Made by a program: the position numbers and the translations under genes. The notes below the pieces were generated by a model that was not told the origin of the DNA, made no database searches, and saw nothing but the letters and a program-made list of their open reading frames with translations. 45,801 nt of DNA from Chloroflexota bacterium (GTDB taxonomy: Bacteria; Chloroflexota; Dehalococcoidia; UBA2979): contig JAQCIU010000025.1 of the NCBI GenBank assembly GCA_027593235.1, positions 1 through 45,801 on the forward strand. Direction: 5' to 3'. Within the stretch, counting starts at the first letter, position 1, and the number at the start of each line of letters is the position of its first letter. Below, piece after piece: positions 10,594 through 19,686 of this stretch.

Positions 10594-11799
10594 CTACCGC
10601 TTCGCGGCAGGCACCTCAATCCCAAGGAACCGCGCCGCGTTGAGCCCGAGCACCGAGGCCCGCTCCTCGTCATCGAGGTCCGTCATCGTCCGCTCGATGG
10701 CGGCCGCCGAGTGCGGCCACGTCCCCTCCTGGTGCGGGTAATCGTTCGCCCACATCAGCGTCCCCATCAGATCGAACTCGCGCGCAAGCTTCAGCCCCGG
10801 CACATCCTCGCCAAAACTCGCGAAGAAGTTCCGACGGTAGTAATCGCTCGGCAGCATCGGCAGCTTCGGGAACGCCCACATGTGGTGCTTGTGGTACGCC
10901 TCATCCATCGCCGTCAGCGCCCACGGCACCCAGCCAATACCCGCCTCGATCGTCGCGATGCGCAGCTTCGGGAACCGCTCCAGGACGCCCGAGCTGCAGA
11001 AGTTCGCCACCGGCTCCAGCGACTGGCTGAGCGAGTGCACTGCGTAGTTGATCACCGCCCCGCCGTCGCCGCGCGCCCCGCGCGGGTCCTTGCCGGTCGA
11101 AATGTGCAGCGTGATCGGGAGGTTCGCCTCCTCGATCGTCGCCCACAGCTCATCGAAGTGCGGCATGTTGTAGTTCAGCTCGCTCCCGTCGCCGGGACCC
11201 CAGACGGGGCGGTTCGGCAGCGTCAGACAGCGGTGTCCCATCGCCGCGACGCGCTTCACCTCCGCAATCGCGCCCGTCAGATCGCCCGGCGCCAGCGCCG
11301 CCGCGGGCACCATCCGGTCGCGGTGACCGTTGTATTGCTCGAACGACCAGTCGTTCCAGACGCGGCACATCGCCTGCGAGAACACCGGGTCCGGGGTCGC
11401 CCAGATCGACAGCCCCTTGTTCGGGAAAATCAGCTCCACCTCAACGCCGTCGCGCGCCATGTCGCGCAACCGCTCGTCCACGTCGTAACCCGCGCCGTTC
11501 CGCTCCTCGTCCTCACCCTCGAGCTTGAGATCGCGGATCTTGATCGGGCGGTGCCCCTCCGTGACGGACCACTTCACCCCGTCCTTGTCGACCTCCTGCC
11601 GAGGAATGCGATGCCGGTACTCCGGCTCGATCCGCTTCGCCCACAGGTCCGCCGGCTCCTGTGCATGGCAGTCCGCCGAGATCATGAAGAACTTGTTCGG
11701 ATCGCCCGGCTGTGCCGTCCGCTTCCAGCCGTCGTGACCCGGGGTCTCGCTTCGCCAGGCGTTCGGGTTCTGCGTGTCCGGGTTCTGGGCAATGACCAT
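10594..11799 (-). CDS. Amidohydrolase_2 family protein
   Basis: ISADCH, RLRDMARDGV, LHI, LERFPKL.....EAGIGW and WANDYPH.EGTWPHS. GAGGAGG SD precedes ATG 11799. Confidence 0.9.
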   Translation of the reverse strand: MVIAQNPDTQNPNAWRSETPGHDGWKRTAQPGDPNKFFMISADCHAQEPADLWAKRIEPEYRHRIPRQEVDKDGVKWSVTEGHRPIKIRDLKLEGEDEERNGAGYDVDERLRDMARDGVEVELIFPNKGLSIWATPDPVFSQAMCRVWNDWSFEQYNGHRDRMVPAAALAPGDLTGAIAEVKRVAAMGHRCLTLPNRPVWGPGDGSELNYNMPHFDELWATIEEANLPITLHISTGKDPRGARGDGGAVINYAVHSLSQSLEPVANFCSSGVLERFPKLRIATIEAGIGWVPWALTAMDEAYHKHHMWAFPKLPMLPSDYYRRNFFASFGEDVPGLKLAREFDLMGTLMWANDYPHQEGTWPHSAAAIERTMTDLDDEERASVLGLNAARFLGIEVPAAKR

Positions 11800-11813
11800 C
11801 GAGGTCCTCCTCG

Positions 11814-12134
11814 TTAGTGAACGTGGGCGGGGAGCAGGCTGAACGGCTGTTCGCGCTCGAAGGACGCCTCCGCGGCGTCCACCGGGCCGGCTGGCACCGG
11901 GATCAGATCCGCGTACTCCGGCGCCAGACCTTCGTTGGGCCAACGTCGCAGCCGGATCCCTGTCGCTCCCGAGGGCACCCGGTGCGCCGTGCTCGCCGCC
12001 CCGCGGCCGCTGTGGAACCAGTCGCCCTCGACGCCGGCATCGCCGACGAGCCAGGCGCCGAACCAGAGCATCGGCTGGTCGCCCTCGTTCAGGAGATCGG
12101 GCCAGTCGATCGCCACGTCGCGAGGCTCGGCCAT
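11814..12134 (-). CDS. Small hypothetical protein (106 aa) upstream of the amidohydrolase
   Basis: MAEPRDVAIDWPDLL...RLRRWPNEGL. GGGAG SD upstream, host-like codon usage, fills the gap between genes. Confidence 0.65.
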   Translation of the reverse strand: MAEPRDVAIDWPDLLNEGDQPMLWFGAWLVGDAGVEGDWFHSGRGAASTAHRVPSGATGIRLRRWPNEGLAPEYADLIPVPAGPVDAAEASFEREQPFSLLPAHVH

Positions 12135-12211
12135 CGTCACTCCCAAACGCCGTTCGATTTCGCGAATCCGCGCGCAGCATATCACCCGCGTGATGCGCCC
12201 GCCGGCCTCCG

Positions 12212-12904
12212 TCAGCTCGGGACGAACATTCGCGGCCGCGGGGTACTGGCGGACTCGCCCATCACCGAGGGGTGCGTGATCGTCAGCACCTCCGGCATCC
12301 GCCGCGTCAGCGCGCGCGGCCCCTCGAACGTCATCCGGCCGGCGCGGACGGCGGCCTGGACGCTCCCCCGCCCCTGCCACAGCGCGCTCAGCGTCGCGAC
12401 GTCGCTCCGCACGATGACGTCCACCTCGAAGCCGGGGTCACTGAGGCAGATCGACGCGCCGATCTCCGGCTCGGCGACGATCCAGTAGACGCGCGGGTCA
12501 TCGGAGAACCGGAACTGGATCACCACCCGCGTGTCCGGTAGCGCCGCCGTATTGATCCGGCTGTGCCCCCACCACATCGCCTTCTCCGAATCCAGTTCCT
12601 CCGGCTCCGGATCCGCGAGCAGCCAGCGCGCCGTCCAGTCCCCGAGGCCGAACACGATCGATCGCAGACCCTCCCCGGCGGGCGTCAGGTAGTACTCGCC
12701 GTGCACCCGCTCCAGCAGGCCAACCTCCTCGAACTGGCGGAGTCGCTTCGAGAGCAGCGTGCGCGACATGTCCGGCAGCCCGCGTGCGATGTCGTTGAAG
12801 CGATGGCTGCCGATCAGCAGCTCGCGCACCACCAGCATCGACCACCGTTCGCCCAACACCTCGCTGCCTTTCGCGATCGGGCAGTACTGGCCGTAGCTCT
12901 TCAT
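12212..12904 (-). CDS. HxlR-family winged-helix regulator with C-terminal SCP2-like domain
   Basis: YGQYCPIAK..EVLGERW..LVVRELL.G..RFNDI.RGLP.MSRTLLSKRL, followed by C.SDPGFEVD in the C-terminal domain. Confidence 0.9.
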   Translation of the reverse strand: MKSYGQYCPIAKGSEVLGERWSMLVVRELLIGSHRFNDIARGLPDMSRTLLSKRLRQFEEVGLLERVHGEYYLTPAGEGLRSIVFGLGDWTARWLLADPEPEELDSEKAMWWGHSRINTAALPDTRVVIQFRFSDDPRVYWIVAEPEIGASICLSDPGFEVDVIVRSDVATLSALWQGRGSVQAAVRAGRMTFEGPRALTRRMPEVLTITHPSVMGESASTPRPRMFVPS

Positions 12905-12934
12905 GCAGTCCTCCGAGGCAGGCGCCCGGCGCGG

Positions 12935-12996
12935 GCGGTACAGAATCTGTACCGCTTTGGTCCAGATCGTGCACTGGGTGCGGCCAAGTCGTGCAC
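12935..12996. promoter_or_regulatory. Three tandem operator-like sites (GTaCA-N5-TGtAC) in the divergent HxlR/ACAD promoter
   Basis: Perfect inverted repeat GCGGTACAGA-A-TCTGTACCGC (12935-12955). Degenerate copies start at 12960 and 12982. Confidence 0.65.
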
Positions 12997-13034
12997 ATAA
13001 CGTGAGATCGGTGGATCAAGGAGGAGTACCAGCG

Positions 13035-13970
13035 ATGACGATGACCGAAGTAGCCCTGGCCTTGCGCGGCGAGTTCGACGGCCGTGCCGCCGATCTCGAT
13101 CGAGCCGGCGGTTTCCCCACACAGAACTACGCACGCATGCGCGAAGCCGGCTACCTCCGAGGCCTCGTCCCCGCCGACCTCGGCGGCCTCGGCGGTGACC
13201 TCGCCGACGGCGTCAGCGCCCAGCGCGCCCTCGGCTGGGCCTGCGCCTCCACCGCCCTCGCCGTGAACATGCACCACTTCCAGGTCGGCGCCGCCACCGG
13301 CGAGGTGCTCGTGGTCGGCCTCCCGATGTCGCTCCCCGGCATCTCGGTCATCGAAACCTGGGACACGCTCGGCATGCGCGGCACCGCCAGCCACGACGTG
13401 CTCTTCGAGGACGTGCGAGTCCCCGCCTCCGCCATCGCCGCCCGCCTGCCGGCCAACGCGCCCGCCTGGGACCCGCGCTTCGCCAACGCCATCAAGTGGT
13501 TCCTCCCCCTGCTCAGCGGCGTCTACGTCGGCATCGCTGACCGCGCCCGCGACGAAGGACTCTCCGCCGCCTGGAACGGCAACAACAGCTCCTTCCGCGA
13601 CGCCCCGCTCACTGAGGCGCTGGTCGGCCAGCTTGAGACCGCGCACTTCCGCGCCGCGGCCGCCCTCGAACTCGGCGTGCAGCGCGTCGCTGCGGCGCCG
13701 GATCCCGTCGCCGCGATGATCGCCGCCATCACCCTGAAGGACGCCGCCACCGAATCCGCCGTCGAGGTCGTCGACCTCGCCGTCCAGATCGCCGGCGGCA
13801 AGGCCTACTTCAAGAAGTCGCTGCTCGAACGCCTCGTCCGCGACGTCCGCGCCGCGCGCCACCACCCGCCGAGCGCGCCCGTCTCGTCGCAGATGATCGG
13901 CCGCGGCGTGCTCCAGCAGCACGAAGCTGTCGCCGCCGTCGAAGCAGCCGTCGCGGTCACCGCGAACTGA
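13035..13970 (+). CDS. Acyl-CoA dehydrogenase-like flavoprotein, apparently lacking most of the middle domain
   Basis: N-terminal VPADLGGLG and CASTALAVNMH; WDTLGMRGTASHDV; C-terminal LERLVRDVRA..HHPP. Only 311 aa. GGAGGAG SD. Confidence 0.8.
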   Translation: MTMTEVALALRGEFDGRAADLDRAGGFPTQNYARMREAGYLRGLVPADLGGLGGDLADGVSAQRALGWACASTALAVNMHHFQVGAATGEVLVVGLPMSLPGISVIETWDTLGMRGTASHDVLFEDVRVPASAIAARLPANAPAWDPRFANAIKWFLPLLSGVYVGIADRARDEGLSAAWNGNNSSFRDAPLTEALVGQLETAHFRAAAALELGVQRVAAAPDPVAAMIAAITLKDAATESAVEVVDLAVQIAGGKAYFKKSLLERLVRDVRAARHHPPSAPVSSQMIGRGVLQQHEAVAAVEAAVAVTAN

Positions 13971-14060
13971 CTCGCTGTCGCCGCCGGTCGTGATCCTGAG
14001 GGCGCATCGCTGCATGATGCGCCCTCAGTCGATCCGGGACCGCGCAGCGACAGGGCATGT

Positions 14061-14888
14061 ATGGACTACGAGGAAATCCTCTACGACGTCGAAGATCGCA
14101 TCGCCACGATCACCCTCCATCGCCCGGAGAAACTCAACGCCCAGACCGGCCAGATGACCGCCGAACTCCACTCCGCGTTCGCGGCTGCCGAGGCCGACGA
14201 CGACGTCCGTGCCGTGATCGTCACCGGAGCCGGCCGCGCCTTCTGCGCCGGGTCGGACATGTCCGCCGGCCCTCGCGCGAGCCTTCCGGGTGACGCCCCT
14301 CCCTCCGGCGACGGCACCGCCTCGATCACCATGCGGCTCTTCGACTTCCCGAAGCCGGTGATCGCCGCCATCAACGGCGCCGCCGTCGGCTTCGGCATCT
14401 CCTCGACGCTCGCCATGGACATCCGTATCGCCTCCACCGCCGGGCGCTTCGGCTTCGTGTACTCGCAGCGCGGCATCGCCCCGGAGTCGGCGTCTAGCTG
14501 GTTCCTGCCGCGCATCGTCGGCATCGAGCAGGCGCTGACCTGGATGTACTCCGGCAGAGTCTTCGGCGCCGACGAGGCCCTCGCCGGCGGCCTCGTCAGC
14601 GAGGTCGTGGATCCCGAGGACCTCCTCGACCGCGCCCGCGAGATCGCCGACCAGATCGCCACCCAGACCTCCGCCGTCTCGATCGCCTTCATCCGCCAGT
14701 CGCTCTGGAAAATGCTCGGCGCCGCCCACCCCTCGGAAGCGCAGCAACTCGAGGCCCAGATGACCGCCGCCACCCGCGGCTCCCCCGACGGCCGCGAGGG
14801 CATCCTCTCCTTCCTCGAACAGCGCCCCGCCCAGTTCACCGGCAAGGTCAGCACAGACATGCCGGACTTCTATCCCTGGTGGACCTAG
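14061..14888 (+). CDS. Enoyl-CoA hydratase/isomerase (crotonase) family protein
   Basis: ITLHRPEKLNA, VTGAGRAFCAG.D, KPVIAAING.AVGFG, DIRIAS, RGI.PE and EGILSFLE.R. Confidence 0.93.
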   Translation: MDYEEILYDVEDRIATITLHRPEKLNAQTGQMTAELHSAFAAAEADDDVRAVIVTGAGRAFCAGSDMSAGPRASLPGDAPPSGDGTASITMRLFDFPKPVIAAINGAAVGFGISSTLAMDIRIASTAGRFGFVYSQRGIAPESASSWFLPRIVGIEQALTWMYSGRVFGADEALAGGLVSEVVDPEDLLDRAREIADQIATQTSAVSIAFIRQSLWKMLGAAHPSEAQQLEAQMTAATRGSPDGREGILSFLEQRPAQFTGKVSTDMPDFYPWWT

Positions 14889-14994
14889 CGGTCGACTGCT
14901 AGGGGCCGCGCCTGCCCTCGTCTCTGAGTTTGGCTATCACCAGCCCCGACGCTCGCCCGCCGCCGTTTGTACGATGGCGGCGGGAGGCGCTCCG

Positions 14995-15375
14995 ATGCCC
15001 AACACCACCGGCTGCGATGCACTGCGCGATGAGCTGATCGCCTTCGCCCTCACCTTCCCCGAGGCGTGGCAGGACTTCCCCTGGGAAGAACCGACCGCGA
15101 AGGTGCGCAAGAAGATCTTCGCTTTCTTCGGCCGCCGCGAGGGCGAGTGCCTCCGCGTCGGCGTGAAGCTCCCCGAGACCGCCGATGCCATCCTTCAGGA
15201 GCCCTGGGCCGAGCCCAGTTCGCATGGCCTCGGCCGCCACGGCTGGGTCACCCTCGGCTTCGATGATCCCGAGGACGTCCCCATCGATCTGCTGTTCGAC
15301 CTGATCGTCGAGAGCTACGTCGCGGTCGCGCCCAAACGGCTCGCCGCCGCCTACCTCGCCGCGGCCGAGCTGTAG
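14995..15375 (+). CDS. MmcQ/YjbR family protein
   Basis: LTFPEA..DFPW....KVRKKIFAF, GLGRHGWV and I.ESY..VAPKRL. GGAGG SD precedes ATG 14995. Confidence 0.85.
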   Translation: MPNTTGCDALRDELIAFALTFPEAWQDFPWEEPTAKVRKKIFAFFGRREGECLRVGVKLPETADAILQEPWAEPSSHGLGRHGWVTLGFDDPEDVPIDLLFDLIVESYVAVAPKRLAAAYLAAAEL

Positions 15376-15377
15376 TC

Positions 15378-15938
15378 GTGCTGCTGCCGGGCGGGCCTGC
15401 CGAGAAACCCGCCCTGCTGTACCACTTCTCCGAGGACCCGACGCTGACCCTCTTCGAGCCACGCGCCGGCCGCGCCATCCCCGGACGCCCCGAGGGCGAA
15501 CGGCTCGTCTGGGCGATCGACGACCGCCACGCCCCGATGTACTTCTTCCCGCTCGATTGCCCGCGCATCATCCTCTGGGCCTACGCCGACTCGACGCCCG
15601 AGGATGTCGCTCGCTGGATCGGCCCCGACGCACCTCGCATGGTCGCCCACATCGAGGCGGCCTGGCTCGACCGCGTTCGTGCCTCCCGGCTCTACCGCTA
15701 CAGCTTCGACGTGTCGCCGTTCGAGACGATCCACGACCACGGCACACACGTCAGCCCGCTCGCCGTCAGCCCCGTCGCCGTCGAGCCCGTCGGCGACCTC
15801 GAGCTCGCACTGACTGCGGCGACGGTCCCGCTCCGCGTGCTGGATGTGCTCCAGCCACTTGCCGAGGCCTGGGGCAGCTCTCTGCACTTCTCCGCCATCC
15901 GCATGCGAAACGCGATCGCTTGGACGCCGCCGGCCTAG
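15378..15938 (+). CDS. Conserved hypothetical protein (DUF6886-like)
   Basis: LYHFSEDP.L..FEPR, VWAID..HAPMYFFP.DCPRI and FSAIRMRNA motifs. Confidence 0.7.
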   Translation: MLLPGGPAEKPALLYHFSEDPTLTLFEPRAGRAIPGRPEGERLVWAIDDRHAPMYFFPLDCPRIILWAYADSTPEDVARWIGPDAPRMVAHIEAAWLDRVRASRLYRYSFDVSPFETIHDHGTHVSPLAVSPVAVEPVGDLELALTAATVPLRVLDVLQPLAEAWGSSLHFSAIRMRNAIAWTPPA

Positions 15939-16025
15939 CCGGCCGTTCCTCCTCGCGGCGCATTGGTGGCGCCCGCTAGGGTTGGTCCATCGCCGCCGCG
16001 AAGTACCGTCCGAGGAGGAACGTCG

Positions 16026-16424
16026 ATGGCTCACCCGCTCAAGCCGACCGGCCCCGAGGTCGACGCCATCCTCGACCGGCTCCGCGCCATCTGCCTCGAC
16101 CTCCCCGAAGCCATCGAGAAGCTCGCCTGGGGTGAGCCGACCTTCCGTGCGGGCAAAGGCAAGATGTTCGCGCAGCTCGATAACAACCATCACGACTCCG
16201 GACACGTCGCGGTCTGGGTGCCCGCCGGATTCGACGCGCAAGAGCTGCTCGTCGCCGACGACCCGGACCGCTACTTCGTGCCGCCGTACTAGGGCGTGCG
16301 CGGTTGGGTCGGCATCCGCCTCGACGACGCCGCCGTCGACTGGCACGAGGTCGCCGAGGTAATCGAGGACGCCTATCGCCTCGTCGCGACCAAGAAGCTC
16401 CTGACCGCTCTCGACGCCCGCTAA
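16026..16424 (+). pseudogene. Second MmcQ/YjbR family gene interrupted by an in-frame TAG (16290-16292)
   Basis: LRAICLDLPEA.EK.AWGEPTFR...KMFA...DPDRYFVPPY*GVRGWVGIRLD...DW.EVAE.IEDAYRLVA. The family sequence continues in frame after the stop, to TAA 16422-16424. Confidence 0.8.
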
Positions 16425-16471
16425 CATCGAGGTCCAACCCAACGACACCGAACGACGCCAGGGAGGCGAAC

Positions 16472-16906
16472 ATGGCCGAGTACATCCCGAGTACCGCTGA
16501 GTGGGTCCGCGATCAGGTCGAACTGTACGAGCGCACGAACGGCGCCGAAGGCAACACGCTCCGTGACACCGGCATGCCGGTGATTATCGTGACCAACACC
16601 GGTAACAAGACCGGCGCGGTCCGCAAGACCCCGCTGATGCGCGTCGCCGACGGCAAGAACTACGTGCTCATCGGCTCCAAGGGCGGCGCCCCGCAGCACC
16701 CGGTCTGGGTGCACAACCTCCGCGCCAACCCCGCCGTCGAGATCCGCGACGCGGCAGACGTGAAGTCCTACCGCATCCGCGAGGTGGCGGACGACGCCGA
16801 ACGTTCGCGCCTCTGGGCGATCGGTGTCGAGGCGTTCCCGCCGTACGCCGAATACCAGACGCGAACCGAGCGCAAGATCCCGGTCTTCCTCGCCGAGCCG
16901 GTCTAG
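16472..16906 (+). CDS. F420H2-dependent (deazaflavin) nitroreductase, Ddn family
   Basis: G.KTG.VRKTPLM, SKGGAPQHP.W.HNLRANP and FPPYAEYQ.RT.R.IPVF. GGAGG SD precedes ATG 16472. Confidence 0.92.
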   Translation: MAEYIPSTAEWVRDQVELYERTNGAEGNTLRDTGMPVIIVTNTGNKTGAVRKTPLMRVADGKNYVLIGSKGGAPQHPVWVHNLRANPAVEIRDAADVKSYRIREVADDAERSRLWAIGVEAFPPYAEYQTRTERKIPVFLAEPV

Positions 16907-16919
16907 TTCGAGGCTACGC

Positions 16920-17843
16920 CTAGAACGTCCCGACGAGGCTAGCGAGCAGCTCCGTCGTCCGGTCCACCGAGGCCTGCGCGTTGTCGCCCACCGGGTAGGC
17001 AACCGCGGCCACGTCGGTGACCCCGGCGGCGGCGTACGCCGCGAGCTGCTCGGCCACCTCGGTCTCCGTGCCCACGACGGCGACGTCGGCCGGCCCGCCC
17101 ATCTCGCCGCGGTCGAGCACGCGTCGGTAGTTCTCCAGCCGCCCGTAGACTTGGAACGTCTCACCGGCGGTCTGCCGCGCCGCCTCGGCGTCGTCGTGCA
17201 CCGCGACCGGGATCCCGGCGACGATCCGCGGCGCGGGCCGGCCGGCGCTCGAGGCCGCCTCGGTGATCTTCGGGACCACGTGCTGGCGGAGCGCAGTCAC
17301 GCCGGCCATCCAGGTGATCGTCCCATCGGCGACTTCACCCGCCGCCTTCAACATCAGCGGCGCCAGCGCGGAGATCAGGATCGGGTAGGGCTGCGCATCG
17401 ACGAGGCCGATCCGCGCGGTGAGCTGGTAGTACTCGCCCTCGTACTGCACCTGTCCCTCGGTGTTCAGCGCGCGCAAGATCTCGACGTACTCGCGAAGCT
17501 GGCGCGCCGGCCGGTCGTACTTCAGCCCGAGGCCTTCGATCACTGGACGGTGCGACGGCCCAATCCCGAGGGTCAGCCGCCCGCCGCTCGCCTGGTTCAC
17601 CGTCGCCGCCTGCTGCGCCATCACGTTTGGGTGCCGCGTGTACGTCGGCACGACGCCCGTCGCCAGCTCGATCCGCTCCGTCTCGCGCCCTGCCAGCGCA
17701 AGCGTCGTCAGCACGTCGGTCTCGCCGGTCTGCGCGTACCAGTAGCTGTCGAAGCCGCGTCGTTCCGCCTCGACGACGTCCGCGACCTGGTCGCTCACCG
17801 TCTTGCCGGTCGCGAGCGCGCCGACGAAGAGTCCAAGTTTCAT
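16920..17843 (-). CDS. LLM class F420-dependent oxidoreductase
   Basis: AE..GFDSYW, IELATGVVPTY.RHP, GRLTLGIG.SH, LAPLMLK.AGEVADG.ITWM and YGRL.NYRR.LDR. Confidence 0.88.
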   Translation of the reverse strand: MKLGLFVGALATGKTVSDQVADVVEAERRGFDSYWYAQTGETDVLTTLALAGRETERIELATGVVPTYTRHPNVMAQQAATVNQASGGRLTLGIGPSHRPVIEGLGLKYDRPARQLREYVEILRALNTEGQVQYEGEYYQLTARIGLVDAQPYPILISALAPLMLKAAGEVADGTITWMAGVTALRQHVVPKITEAASSAGRPAPRIVAGIPVAVHDDAEAARQTAGETFQVYGRLENYRRVLDRGEMGGPADVAVVGTETEVAEQLAAYAAAGVTDVAAVAYPVGDNAQASVDRTTELLASLVGTF

Positions 17844-17861
17844 CGTCAATTCCTCTGCTCT

Positions 17862-18704
17862 CTATGCGTCCGCGAATTGCTCGACGAGCTTCGCCTGCTT
17901 GTCCAGCAGCGGCAGTAGCTCCGCCTCCGGCAGCGCCGGCAACATGAAGATGCAACGCGTCGCGCCGAGGGCGGCCATCCGCTCGACCGCCTCCTCGTTC
18001 GGAGCGAGAGCGAAGGCGCTGAAGGGAATCGGCTCACGCTCGGCCTCGGAGGCAAGCTCCTTCAGCTCCGCCAGGCGTGCCTTGAGGTCCGGGATCCGCT
18101 CCGTGATCGGCATCCACTCATCGGCGTAACGGACCACGCGCTCCAACGCGCGCGCGCCCGCATTGCCCAGGAGGATTGGCGGGTACGGCTGCTGCACCGG
18201 CTTCGGCCACTGCATCGAGGGCGAGAAGTCGACGAACTCGCCGTGGTACTCCGCCTTCGAGTTGGTCCAGATCGCCTGCATCGCTTCGATCCGTTCGCGC
18301 ATCAGCTTCCAGCGCGTCTTCGGGTCGGCGCCGTGATGCTGCATCTCCGGTCGGTTCCACCCAGCCCCGACGCCGAACAGAATCCGCCCGCCAGAGATCT
18401 GATCGAGGCTCGCAACCGCTTTCGCGGTGTTGATCGGGTCCCGCTGCGGGATCAGGCAGACCCCGGAACCGATATTGATCCGCTTCGTGACCGCCGCGGC
18501 CGCCGCCATCGCGACGAAGAGGTCCAGCGTGTCGAAGTACTGCTTCGGCAGATCGCCGCCGCCAGGGTAAGGGGTGTGGTCCAGCGGGATGTGACTGTGC
18601 TCCGGGAACCAGATCGACTCGAAACCTCGCGCCTCCGCCTCCTGCGCGAGCTTGCCAGGGCCGATCGAGTAGTCGGTCGGGAAGATGTGCGTGCCGAACT
18701 TCAT
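17862..18704 (-). CDS. LLM class F420-dependent oxidoreductase (Rv2161c-like), paralog 1
   Basis: AE.RGFESIWFPEHSH, QRDPINTAKAVASLDQ.SGGR..FGVGAGWN..EM..HG and WPKPVQ.P.PPI. Confidence 0.92.
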   Translation of the reverse strand: MKFGTHIFPTDYSIGPGKLAQEAEARGFESIWFPEHSHIPLDHTPYPGGGDLPKQYFDTLDLFVAMAAAAAVTKRINIGSGVCLIPQRDPINTAKAVASLDQISGGRILFGVGAGWNRPEMQHHGADPKTRWKLMRERIEAMQAIWTNSKAEYHGEFVDFSPSMQWPKPVQQPYPPILLGNAGARALERVVRYADEWMPITERIPDLKARLAELKELASEAEREPIPFSAFALAPNEEAVERMAALGATRCIFMLPALPEAELLPLLDKQAKLVEQFADA

Positions 18705-18797
18705 CGCTGCTCCTCTAGGTTGCGGGTGTCATCTGCGGTCGTCGCAACCCTCGCTACCCGCTTCGCCTCGTGTGTGAGTCGGTGTGTGGTCGGGGTG

Positions 18798-19640
18798 TCA
18801 GTTGCTGGCGAACTGCTCGACCAGCTTCGCCTGCTTGTCCAGCAGCGGCATCACCTCGTCGGCACCGGCGGCCGGCAGGTTGAGGATGCAACGCGTCGCG
18901 CCGAGCTTGAGCATCTGCTCGACGGCTTCCTCGTTCGGTTCGATCCCGTAGCCGGTGAAGGGGATCGGATCGCGGCCGGCCCCTGCCGCCAGCTCCTGCA
19001 ACTGATCCAGCCGTGCGCCCAGGTCGTCGATCCGCCGCGCGATCGGCATCCATTCGTCCGCATAGCAGACGGTGCGCTCCAGCGCACGCGCGCCAGCGTT
19101 CCCAAGCAGGATCGGCGGATGCGGCTTCTGGACTGGCTTCGGCCACTGCATCAGCGGTGCGAAGTCGACGAAGTCGCCGTGGTACTCGGCGGTTGAATTC
19201 GTCCAGATCGCCTTCATCGCCTCGATTCGCTCGCGCATCAGCTTCCAGCGCGTGACCGGATCGGAGCCGTGGTGTTGCATCTCCGGTCGATTCCAGCCAG
19301 CCCCCACCCCAAACAGCACGCGCCCACCGGAGAGTTGATCGAGGCTAGAGATCGCCTTGGCCGTGTTGATCGGGTCGCGCTGGGGAATCAGGCAGACACC
19401 CGACCCGACGTTGATCTTCGATGTCGTCGCCAGCGCCGCCCCCATCGTCACGAACAGGTCGAGTGTGTCGTAATAGCGCTTCTCAACCTCACCGCCGCTC
19501 GGTGCCGGCGAGTGATCGACGGGCATGTGGCTGTGCTCGGGGAACCAGACCGACTCGAAGCCGCGGTCCTCGGCTTCTTTGGCGATGTCGCCCGGTCTGA
19601 TCGTGTAGTCGGTCGCGAAGATGTGGACGCCGAATTTCAT
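18798..19640 (-). CDS. LLM class F420-dependent oxidoreductase (Rv2161c-like), paralog 2
   Basis: Same motifs and same 280-aa length as 17862-18704. Confidence 0.92.
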   Translation of the reverse strand: MKFGVHIFATDYTIRPGDIAKEAEDRGFESVWFPEHSHMPVDHSPAPSGGEVEKRYYDTLDLFVTMGAALATTSKINVGSGVCLIPQRDPINTAKAISSLDQLSGGRVLFGVGAGWNRPEMQHHGSDPVTRWKLMRERIEAMKAIWTNSTAEYHGDFVDFAPLMQWPKPVQKPHPPILLGNAGARALERTVCYADEWMPIARRIDDLGARLDQLQELAAGAGRDPIPFTGYGIEPNEEAVEQMLKLGATRCILNLPAAGADEVMPLLDKQAKLVEQFASN

Positions 19641-19686
19641 CGGAACTCCCCGTGCTGCGAGCAGTCAGTGTTTCCCGGCTAGCTGG

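Noticed and set aside
16290-16292. Pyrrolysine or genome-wide TAG recoding
   Set aside because: TAG is the normal stop for ilvC, typA and many other genes here, and no pyl genes are visible.
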